A stretch of DNA of 64,000 nucleotides. Origin: Acidimicrobiia bacterium. GTDB taxonomy: Bacteria > Actinomycetota > Acidimicrobiia > Spongiisociales > ZC4RG35. Numbering within the stretch: position 1 is the stretch's first letter; every line of letters starts with the position of its first letter. A program made the position numbers and the translations under genes. This document shows positions 44,959 through 52,413 of the stretch, in pieces. The notes below the pieces were generated by a model. The model was not told the origin of the DNA. It worked only from the letters and a program-made list of their open reading frames with translations, and made no database searches. The stretch is from contig JBMDXS010000214.1 of the NCBI GenBank assembly GCA_048595045.1, forward strand, positions 9,831-73,830, written 5' to 3'.

Positions 44959-47285
44959 GGCCGCGGCATCTGGTCATGGAGGGATTCCTCGCCTACCGGC
45001 GCAAGACCGAGATCGACTTCAACGACGCAGACCTCTTCGTGCTCTCGGGCCCCACTGGTGCCGGCAAGTCGAGCGTGATAGACGGGATCACGTTTGCGCT
45101 CTACGGCGCGATACCCCGTCTGGGCAAGGGCTCGGTGGCGCCGCTGATCTCCGCCCAATCCGACCGCGCCCGCGTCTCCTTCCGCTTCACGGTTGGCGAC
45201 GAGTTCTATACCGCCGCCCGCATGTTGGAGCGTCACGGGGCGGGGGCCAGCACCAGGGAGGCCAGGCTGCAGCGGGGCACGGAGGAAGTGGTCCTGGCCG
45301 GCACCCCCGACGAGGTGACTGCGGAGGTGACCAAGCTGTTGGGGCTCAGCTACGAGCACTTCGTCAAGGCGGTCGTCCTGCCCCAGGGGGCCTTTGCCGA
45401 CTTCCTCACCGACAAGCCGAAGGACCGGCAGGCACTTCTCGGAGAGCTGCTCGACATGGGTCTCTACGAGGAGGTGATGCAGCTTGCCAATGTCCGCACC
45501 AAGCTCGCCGATGGCCGGGCGAAGACTGCCGTGGAGAGTCTCGCCAAGCTCGACGTGGCCACCGACGCTCAGCTGGCAGAGGCCCGTGCCAGGCTGGAGC
45601 ACCTGATCGGGGCGGGGATAGAGCTCCCCCGCCGGCTCGAGCTGCTGGAGAGTCTCGACGCGATCTGTCGGAAGGCGCGGGAGGCCTACACGGCCGTGGT
45701 CGGGAGCCTGGATCGTCTCCGCGCCATACAGATCCCTGGTGACCTCGAGACCTTGGGGGAAGACAGGAGGACAGCGGGTGAGGCCATGACGATCGCTCAG
45801 ACCGGGCTCTCTGCCGTCCTAGACGAGCGGAGAGGTCTTCAGGAGCGAGCCGCCGGCCTGCCTGCGTTGGCCCAGCTCCAGTCCTACCGACAGGACCAGA
45901 TGACGCGCGTGGAGCTCGCCGATCGTCTGGCGGCACTCGACCTGACGGCCCTGGCTGCGGAGTGGGAAGGGGCGGCCGCGGCCTGTGATCAGGCTCGCCT
46001 CGATCTGGAGACAGCCAGGGTCGCCCACGTGGCCCAAGACTTGCGCCAGGCCCTGGCCTTGGGGGATCCCTGTCCGGTGTGCGGGGCGGTGGTCGGCACA
46101 CTCGATGAGAGAGAGACCGAGCTTCACGGGTCCATCGAGTTGCTCCGGGAGAAGCTGAATCGCGCCGAGGAGCGGGCCGACCAAGCCCGAGGTGCGGTCA
46201 AGGGAGCCGAGGGCGAGGCCAAGCAGATCGATCGTCAGCTGGTCGAGGTGACCGCCCGACTCGAGGAAGCCCCCTCCCCCGAGGCTGTCGCAGACATGAT
46301 CGAGAGAGTTCGCTCATCGGAAGAGGCACTGCTGGCCAACGAGAAGAGGGTCGAAGAGGCGCAGTTGGAGGTCGATGCGGCCGGGCTCCTCGTCGCCGGG
46401 CTCGAAGAGCGAAGCACCGGTCTCGGTGAGGCGCTGCTCGCGGCAAGGGACAGGGTCGCATCCGAGGAGCCGCCCATCCCCGGCAAGGACCCGATCGAGG
46501 CATGGCACAGATTCGAGGAATGGCTCATCGGGAGGATGGCCGATCGAGCGGGTGAGCTGGCATCCCTGGAAACGGCGCGTAAGGAGGCAGACGCGGCTCT
46601 GGGTGCGGCGATGGGAGAGCAGCGCGCCTGGCTCGATGGGCTGGGCATCCCGGTCACCGATTCGCCGGGCACCGACCTCGCCCTGGCCGAGGCAGGTCAG
46701 AGGGCCGCCATCGACGAGATGGAGAAGACCATCACCCTGGCCTCTGAGCTGGAAGAGGAGCTGACGCTGGAACAAGCCCGGGCCCGGGTTGCCTCGGCGC
46801 TGGGGAACCACCTCAAGTCGAACAACTTCGAGGCCTGGCTTCTGGAGGAGGCGATGGAAGTTCTGATCGATGGGGCCAATGGGCTCCTCGACGATCTATC
46901 CGGCGGCGCCTACTCGCTAAAGATGACCAAGGGCCAGTTCGAGGTCATCGACCACCGCAACGCCGAGCTGACCAGGACGACCCGGTCCTTGTCCGGGGGA
47001 GAGACGTTCCTGGTTTCGCTTTCGCTGGCCTTGTCGATGGCCGACCAGCTCGCCCTGCTCACCGGCGTGTCCTCGCGTCTCGAATCGGTCTTCCTCGATG
47101 AGGGGTTCGGGTCGCTCGACCAAGAGTCGCTCGATGTGGTCGCGTCCGTGCTCGACGAGCTGGTCGGCCGCGGGCGCACCGTCGGCATAGTCACCCACGT
47201 GCGGGAGCTCGCCGACCGCATCCCGGTTCGGTTCGAGGTCACCAAGGGCCCGGAGACGGCCACGGTCACCAGGTTGGGGGAGTGA
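44955..47285 (+). CDS. sbcC: SbcC / Rad50-family SMC-like ATPase
   Basis: It has Walker A GPTGAGKSS, a long coiled coil with a central CPVC zinc hook (46071-46082), the signature LSGGETF and Walker B VFLDEGFGSLD. The start overlaps the sbcD stop (ATGA). Confidence 0.9.
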   Translation: MRPRHLVMEGFLAYRRKTEIDFNDADLFVLSGPTGAGKSSVIDGITFALYGAIPRLGKGSVAPLISAQSDRARVSFRFTVGDEFYTAARMLERHGAGASTREARLQRGTEEVVLAGTPDEVTAEVTKLLGLSYEHFVKAVVLPQGAFADFLTDKPKDRQALLGELLDMGLYEEVMQLANVRTKLADGRAKTAVESLAKLDVATDAQLAEARARLEHLIGAGIELPRRLELLESLDAICRKAREAYTAVVGSLDRLRAIQIPGDLETLGEDRRTAGEAMTIAQTGLSAVLDERRGLQERAAGLPALAQLQSYRQDQMTRVELADRLAALDLTALAAEWEGAAAACDQARLDLETARVAHVAQDLRQALALGDPCPVCGAVVGTLDERETELHGSIELLREKLNRAEERADQARGAVKGAEGEAKQIDRQLVEVTARLEEAPSPEAVADMIERVRSSEEALLANEKRVEEAQLEVDAAGLLVAGLEERSTGLGEALLAARDRVASEEPPIPGKDPIEAWHRFEEWLIGRMADRAGELASLETARKEADAALGAAMGEQRAWLDGLGIPVTDSPGTDLALAEAGQRAAIDEMEKTITLASELEEELTLEQARARVASALGNHLKSNNFEAWLLEEAMEVLIDGANGLLDDLSGGAYSLKMTKGQFEVIDHRNAELTRTTRSLSGGETFLVSLSLALSMADQLALLTGVSSRLESVFLDEGFGSLDQESLDVVASVLDELVGRGRTVGIVTHVRELADRIPVRFEVTKGPETATVTRLGE

Positions 47286-47395
47286 GACCCCTCCCCGCCC
47301 GTTTCCCCACCCGGAGGGGAAGTCGGCGCGAAGTTCCCCCCTCCCCCGGCTACGCCGGTACTCCCCCCTACGGGGGGAGAAACAGGGGCGGAGTA

Positions 47396-47434
47396 ATGAT
47401 GCGGCGGCATCGCTCCGCACGGGGGAAGCGATGA
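47396..47434 (+). promoter_or_regulatory. candidate 12-codon leader ORF (MMRRHRSARGKR) overlapping the downstream start codon
   Basis: The sequence is ATG ATG CGG CGG CAT CGC TCC GCA CGG GGG AAG CGA TGA. GGAG lies at 47390-47393. The TGA (47432-34) overlaps the ATG (47431-33) of the NurA-like gene. The region also forms the hairpin CATCGCT(47408-14)/AGCGATG(47427-33). Confidence 0.3.
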
Positions 47435-48336
47435 GATTCACCGTCGAGGCCTGGGATCCCGATTACGGGGCGTCCTCAGACCCCGAGCTGGCCGACGCCA
47501 CGGAGAACGTCGATGTCTCGGTCGAACTGACGCCGGAGCAGTGGCACCCCATCCTGCCCGAGGCCGTTCCCGCGCCGGACATCTTGTTCGTGGACGGTGT
47601 GCGCCGGGTCGACGCCAATCTGTGGATCGAGCACGACGGTCGGTTTCCAAGCTTCGGCCTGGCCGCCACCTTCGCGGCCGGAGCGGTGCGATGCAACAGC
47701 GAAGCCGTGGTGGTGGCCGCAGAAGTTCGGCGGGGTGTGTTCACCGGCGCCGACGCCGACCCGGTGAAGACCACCATCGGGACATATCAGGTGATGAGCA
47801 CCAAAGGCTCGACCCCGGAGGAGCTTTGGCTCGGCATCCAGCAGCGGATGGGAGATCTGGAGGGTGGCATCGCCGAGCGACATGCCGACGTGGCACTGAT
47901 GGTGGTCGACGGGCCACTCTCCCATCGACGTCATGTGGAGGGGGCCGTCGGCTACGTCAAGACACAGCACGTCCAATATCTGCCCGACGATCTGAGGGCG
48001 ACGTTGGGTGCCCTGCCCGTCGGGCATCGAACGCCGCTCTTCCTCACCACTACCTCGTGGAGCAGATTCTCCTGGTATCTGCGTCTCGCCAATGGCACCG
48101 GTCCGGCTGGGGGGCTGGTGCGGTGCGAGGTCCAGGCCGACATGAGCGTGGCGGAGGCAGTGCGGCGGGCAAACCTGGTCACCGCTTCGCTGCCCCGGTA
48201 TGCGTCGGCCCGACACAAGGACCCCCGTGCCCCCCAGAACCTCTACCCGATCGGCGGTCTCGAACGCGAGCTACGCCGGCGGCTGGGTGATCGGGACCTG
48301 GCCATCCGAGCCCTGCGACTGGCTGCTGCATCTTGA
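47431..48336 (+). CDS. nurA: NurA-like nuclease (assignment by context and weak motif)
   Basis: 301 aa. The N-terminal strand ILFVDGVRR (Asp at 47593-95) resembles the NurA catalytic (I/V)DG(S/V) motif. It occupies the position of nurA in the archaeal herA-mre11-rad50-nurA operon. Confidence 0.5.
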   Translation: MRFTVEAWDPDYGASSDPELADATENVDVSVELTPEQWHPILPEAVPAPDILFVDGVRRVDANLWIEHDGRFPSFGLAATFAAGAVRCNSEAVVVAAEVRRGVFTGADADPVKTTIGTYQVMSTKGSTPEELWLGIQQRMGDLEGGIAERHADVALMVVDGPLSHRRHVEGAVGYVKTQHVQYLPDDLRATLGALPVGHRTPLFLTTTSWSRFSWYLRLANGTGPAGGLVRCEVQADMSVAEAVRRANLVTASLPRYASARHKDPRAPQNLYPIGGLERELRRRLGDRDLAIRALRLAAAS

Positions 48337-48342
48337 CGATGC

Positions 48343-48358
48343 CCGCCCCGTCGGGCGG
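48343..48358. terminator. short GC hairpin between convergent genes
   Basis: CCGCCC-cgtc-GGGCGG lies 7 nt after the nurA-like stop and 16 nt from the convergent EamA stop. There is no U tract. Confidence 0.3.
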
Positions 48359-48373
48359 TGGCCGGAACCGGGC

Positions 48374-49327
48374 TCAGGCCACGCTGTGATCCTCGCCCTC
48401 GAGCATGGCCGCCCCGGGAGCCGGCGGGGCCTCCCGTCTCGAGGCGAGGATGGCGCCCGCGATCACGAGGAGAGAGCCCACGATCGCCACGGGAGCGACG
48501 ATCTCGTCACGGAAGGTGACGCCGAGCACGAGGGCCCCGACCGGGACCAGATAGGTGATGAAACTCGCCCGGGTCGGACCGACGCTTCCCGCCAGGCCCC
48601 CCATCAGGATGTAGGCCAGACCTGTGCCAAGAAGCCCGAGGGCCGCCATGGCGAGGAGCGAGGGCCATGCGAAGCCAGATCTGAGCAGCCCATAGATCCC
48701 GTATGGTGCCACCAGGATCACCCCCAGCCAGAGCATGCGAGCCATCACCGGTATCGATCCGTAAGCCTGCTGGAGCGGGGTGACGATGTTGGTGGCGAAT
48801 CCGTAGCAGATGGTCGCTGCCAGCACCAGAGCCACGCCGAGAGCGGCGGTCTGGCCGCTTTCGGCCGAGGGGAGGGCGATGGCGAGGATCCCGGCGAACC
48901 CGAGGAGAAGGCCGACGATCTGGAGGCGGCCCGGCAGTTGTTGGAGGAGGATCGAGGCGATGATGGCGGTGAAGATCGGCACGGCCCCGTTCAGCATGCC
49001 GGCCACGGCCGAGTCGATCCATTGCTGTGCGATGGGAAACAGAGTCAGCGGGATCGCCACCCATACCACTGAGAGGAGGGCGACCCGGGGCCGGTCGACC
49101 TTCTCTATCGTCGCTGCCCGTGCCTGGGGCAGGGCCGCCATGAACAGGGCGCCGAAGCCAACCCGCATCCACGTCACCAGCCCAGGGTGGAACGCCTCCA
49201 GTCCGACCTCGATGAAGAGGAAAGAGGCGCCCCAGATGAGGCCGATCGACACGAAACGGGCCCAATCCCGGGCATTGAATGCCTCGCGGTTGGTCCCATG
49301 GGATGTGGTCAGCAGTCGATTGGCCAT
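48374..49327 (-). CDS. EamA/DMT family transporter
   Basis: 317 aa with 10 predicted TM helices and duplicated EamA-like halves (WGASFLFIEVGL...). Confidence 0.8.
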   Translation of the reverse strand: MANRLLTTSHGTNREAFNARDWARFVSIGLIWGASFLFIEVGLEAFHPGLVTWMRVGFGALFMAALPQARAATIEKVDRPRVALLSVVWVAIPLTLFPIAQQWIDSAVAGMLNGAVPIFTAIIASILLQQLPGRLQIVGLLLGFAGILAIALPSAESGQTAALGVALVLAATICYGFATNIVTPLQQAYGSIPVMARMLWLGVILVAPYGIYGLLRSGFAWPSLLAMAALGLLGTGLAYILMGGLAGSVGPTRASFITYLVPVGALVLGVTFRDEIVAPVAIVGSLLVIAGAILASRREAPPAPGAAMLEGEDHSVA

Positions 49328-49364
49328 GTCCTCAGAACACCTGATGGGTCACCACGGTTGCAGA

Positions 49365-49396
49365 CTCGGGGGTCTGGGGGTCGCCCCCCAGATGTA
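49365..49396 (+). repeat. Palindromic intergenic repeat, copy 3
   Basis: CTCGGGGGTCTGGGGGTCGCCCCCCAGATGTA lies between two minus-strand genes and is near-identical to copy 1. Confidence 0.8.
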
Positions 49397-49402
49397 TCGC
49401 GA

Positions 49403-50041
49403 TCAAGAACGCCGATACCGGCTCAGATACTCCGGGACATCGAGATCGGGTTCCAGGTCAGGGGCGGGTATCGGCTCCCCATAAGAGGTCGCGATCGGGA
49501 CCACACCGGCCCACACCCCGGTGCCGAGATCGGCTGGGTCGTCCTCAGGTGGGCCTGATGAGACCTTTGCCGACACCAGGCCGATCGGTACGGCCACCAC
49601 GGCCGTCTTCCGAATCTCGAGGTCGGTGGGCTCCCTGATGTCGGCGAGACGGCCAGGGATCAGGCCCTCCACCATGAGGTCGAGGGCGCGCCGGTGATCG
49701 GCGCCTTCCAACACCGTTCCCTCGCCATGGAGGACCACGGAGCGATAGTTGACCGATGACTCGAAGGCACTCCTGGCCACGACCAGCCCGTCGACGAGAG
49801 TCACTGCGACACTGAGCGGAGAGCCACGACGTGCTGCCGACGTGATGCCCGAGGACGTCGACCCATGGAGGAGGATCGTCTCGTCGTCACGCACGTAGAG
49901 AGTCGGGATCACGACCGGCCGATCGTCTGTGAGGTAGGCGACGTGGCAGACGTATCCCTCGTCCAGGATGGAGTAGATCACCCGCCGCTCACCGACCGCC
50001 TTCTCGGGGAGACGGCGGATCCGTGTCGGGGGGCGCGCCAT
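49403..50041 (-). CDS. pyridoxamine 5'-phosphate oxidase-family (FMN-binding split barrel) protein
   Basis: 212 aa. The pattern SILDEGYVCHVAY...PVVIPTLYVRDDETILLHGS is typical of this family. Confidence 0.8.
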   Translation of the reverse strand: MARPPTRIRRLPEKAVGERRVIYSILDEGYVCHVAYLTDDRPVVIPTLYVRDDETILLHGSTSSGITSAARRGSPLSVAVTLVDGLVVARSAFESSVNYRSVVLHGEGTVLEGADHRRALDLMVEGLIPGRLADIREPTDLEIRKTAVVAVPIGLVSAKVSSGPPEDDPADLGTGVWAGVVPIATSYGEPIPAPDLEPDLDVPEYLSRYRRS

Positions 50042-51039
50042 CAGGTCTCGGCCTTGGCCCCGCGTGTCATCAGCCTGAGGACGGCATCACGGGGGTCCAT
50101 GCCCTCGTAGAGGACCTTTCCGACGTGGGCGGCGATGGGCATCTCGATACTGCGTCGTGTGGCGAGGTCGAGTACGGCCCGGGTGGTCTTGATCCCCTCG
50201 GCCACCATCGCCATCTCGGCCACGATCGAGTCCAGCGACATGCCCCGGGCCAACCCGAAGCCCACACGATGGTTGCGGCTGTTCGACGAGATACAAGTGG
50301 CGATGAGGTCCCCCATCCCGGCGAGCCCGGCAAAAGTCGAGGCCCTCCCTCCCAACGCAGTGCCGAGCCGGGTCAGCTCGGCCAGGGCACGTGTGATGAG
50401 GGCGGCACGGGTGTTGTCGCCGAAGCCGAGCCCGTCCGACATCCCGGCCGCGATCGCCATCACGTTCTTCAGCGCGCCACCGAGCTCACAGCCCGGGACA
50501 TCGTCATGGGTGTACACCCGGAAAGTCGGGCACATGAACACCTGCTGCAGGGTGACTGCTGCCTCCTGGTCGCGGAATGCGATCACGGCTGCCGTGGGCT
50601 GGCCGGCGGCCACTTCGGACGCGAGATTCGGCCCGGTCATCACCCCGATCCGGCCCTGATCGTGGTCACGGGCGACTTCAGCCACGACCTGTGTCATCGT
50701 GGCCAGGGTCCCCTGTTCGATCCCTTTGGTCAGGGAAACCACGGGCGTGGCCGGCCCGATGAGCCGCGCTGCCTCGCGGAACACATCCCGGAACCCGTGT
50801 GAGGGGACGGCCATCACCACTGCCTCGGCACCAATGACCGCCTCGGAGAGGTCCGTGGTCGCCTCGAGCGCAGCCGGAAGCTCGACGTCGGGCAGGTAGA
50901 CCGGGTTGCGGTGCTGCTGGTTCACCCCTGTCGCCACCTCCGGGCGACGTGACCAGAGCACGGTCGGCGTGGTGAGGGCGGCGAGTGACGCCGCGGTCGT
51001 CCCCCACGAGCCGGCGCCGATGACTGCGATCCGATCCAT
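50041..51039 (-). CDS. gpsA: NAD(P)H-dependent glycerol-3-phosphate dehydrogenase
   Basis: It has the N-terminal IAVIGAGSWGTT, plus LKNV.AIAAG and NHRVG motifs. Confidence 0.9.
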   Translation of the reverse strand: MDRIAVIGAGSWGTTAASLAALTTPTVLWSRRPEVATGVNQQHRNPVYLPDVELPAALEATTDLSEAVIGAEAVVMAVPSHGFRDVFREAARLIGPATPVVSLTKGIEQGTLATMTQVVAEVARDHDQGRIGVMTGPNLASEVAAGQPTAAVIAFRDQEAAVTLQQVFMCPTFRVYTHDDVPGCELGGALKNVMAIAAGMSDGLGFGDNTRAALITRALAELTRLGTALGGRASTFAGLAGMGDLIATCISSNSRNHRVGFGLARGMSLDSIVAEMAMVAEGIKTTRAVLDLATRRSIEMPIAAHVGKVLYEGMDPRDAVLRLMTRGAKAET

Positions 51040-51089
51040 CGTCGGCGACGCTAGTGGGCCGGCGGAGAGGTCTTCCTAACCTCCGGTGA

Positions 51090-52205
51090 GTGGCTCTCTC
51101 CATCGGTATCGTCGGTCTGCCCAACGTCGGCAAGTCCACCCTCTTCAACGCGCTCACCGACGCGGGTGTCCTTGCCGCCAACTATCCGTTCGCCACCATC
51201 GAGCCCAACACGGGGGTCGTCCCCATTCCCGACGGCCGCCTCGAGGTGCTGGCCGGTATCTTCGGGTCCAAGCGAGTGGTGCCGGCGACGGTGACGTTCG
51301 TGGACATCGCCGGCTTGGTGAAGGGCGCAGGGGAGGGGGAGGGGCTGGGCAACCAGTTCCTCGCCAACATCCGCGAGGCCAACGCCATCTGTCATGTGGT
51401 CCGGGGGTTCAGATCTGAGCGCGTGGCTCACGTCGCCGGCGCGGGGGTCTGGGGCTCGTCCCCCGGGAATGACGGCCTCGATCCCCGTCGTGACATCGAG
51501 ATCATCGAGACGGAATTGGCGATCGCCGACCTCCAGACCATCGACAAGCGCCTTCCACGACTCGAAAAGGAGTCGACGATCGACAGGTCCCTGCTTGCTC
51601 AGGTCGACCTCATACGTGAGCTGCGAGCCATCGTCGCCTCGGGCCGGATGGTCAGCAGCGTGCCAGGACTGATGGATGCTGCCGGTGGTCTCTCCGATCT
51701 GCAGTTGCTCACCGCCAAGCCGATCATCTACGTCTTCAATCTCGACGAGGAAGGCCTTCGTGATGTTCCCCTCCGTCAGCAACTGGCGGGGCTGGTCGCG
51801 CCGGCCGAGGCGCTGTTCCTCGATGCTCAGATCGAGGCGGAGATGGGCGAACTCGACGAAGACGACCGCAGAGAGCTTCTCGCGTCGGTCGGGCAGGAGG
51901 AACCTGGTCTCCATGCGGTGATCCGGGCCGCCTATCGCACGCTCGGTCTGCAGAGCTTCCTGACCGCCGGCGAGAAGGAGGCGCGGGCGTGGACCATTCG
52001 CTCGGGCACAACCGCCCCCGAGGCCGCAGGCGTGATCCACACCGACTTTCAGCGCGGGTTCATCGCTGCCGAAGTCGTCGGCTACGAGGCCCTGGTCGAG
52101 GCGGGCTCGTGGCTGACCGCCCGAGCCCGCGGGTTGATCCGCACCGAGGGAAAGACGTACGTGATGCGCGCAGGCGACGTCGTGGAGTTCAGGTTCAACG
52201 TGTGA
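51090..52205 (+). CDS. ychF: redox-regulated ribosome-binding ATPase YchF (with 11-aa insertion)
   Basis: It has GIVGLPNVGKSTLFNALT, VDIAGLVKGA, GLGNQFLANIRE and a TGS-like C-terminus. There is an extra AGVWGSSPGND between HVAG and GLDPRRDIE. Confidence 0.95.
   Translation: MALSIGIVGLPNVGKSTLFNALTDAGVLAANYPFATIEPNTGVVPIPDGRLEVLAGIFGSKRVVPATVTFVDIAGLVKGAGEGEGLGNQFLANIREANAICHVVRGFRSERVAHVAGAGVWGSSPGNDGLDPRRDIEIIETELAIADLQTIDKRLPRLEKESTIDRSLLAQVDLIRELRAIVASGRMVSSVPGLMDAAGGLSDLQLLTAKPIIYVFNLDEEGLRDVPLRQQLAGLVAPAEALFLDAQIEAEMGELDEDDRRELLASVGQEEPGLHAVIRAAYRTLGLQSFLTAGEKEARAWTIRSGTTAPEAAGVIHTDFQRGFIAAEVVGYEALVEAGSWLTARARGLIRTEGKTYVMRAGDVVEFRFNV
51441..51473 (+). repeat. diverged in-frame copy of the palindromic repeat inside ychF
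   Basis: GCGGGGGTCTGGGGCTCGTCCCCCGGGAATGAC compares with the intergenic consensus CTCGGGGGTCTGGGGGTCGCCCCCCAGATTCGAC. It is exactly 33 nt, in frame, and coincides with the 11 residues that are extra relative to YchF orthologues as I recall them. Confidence 0.6.
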
Positions 52206-52273
52206 ATCGCGCCCAACGGCAAGGTGGGACGCAACATTGTCCGGCAACTAAGGTTTGCCCTGCCGTTGACGCC

Positions 52274-52349
52274 GAATGGGAGAGCCCCTGGAACGGAGGG
52301 GCGCCGAAGGGGCAACTCCTCCCCGGAATCTCTCAGGCACTTGGACCGT
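52274..52349 (+). promoter_or_regulatory. glycine riboswitch aptamer (single) upstream of gcvP
   Basis: AAUGGGAGAG...CGCCGAAGGGGCAA...UCUCUCAGGCA..GGACCG matches the conserved glycine aptamer core. It lies 65 nt upstream of the gcvP ATG. Confidence 0.8.
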
Positions 52350-52413
52350 TCGGTCGAGGCAGCGCTGGAGGATGACGACAGCGGGGGAGGGCATTCGCAC
52401 CCTGAGGAGAGAG

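Noticed and set aside
52350-52413. Possible second glycine aptamer (CUGGAGGAUGACGACAGCGGGGGAGGGCAUUCGCACCCUGAGGAGAG)
   Set aside because: It has a GGAG start and a GCACC element but lacks the CCGAAGGGGCAA and CUCAGGCAA..GGAC cores. It is more likely an expression platform. The region upstream (52206-52273) likewise lacks the aptamer core.
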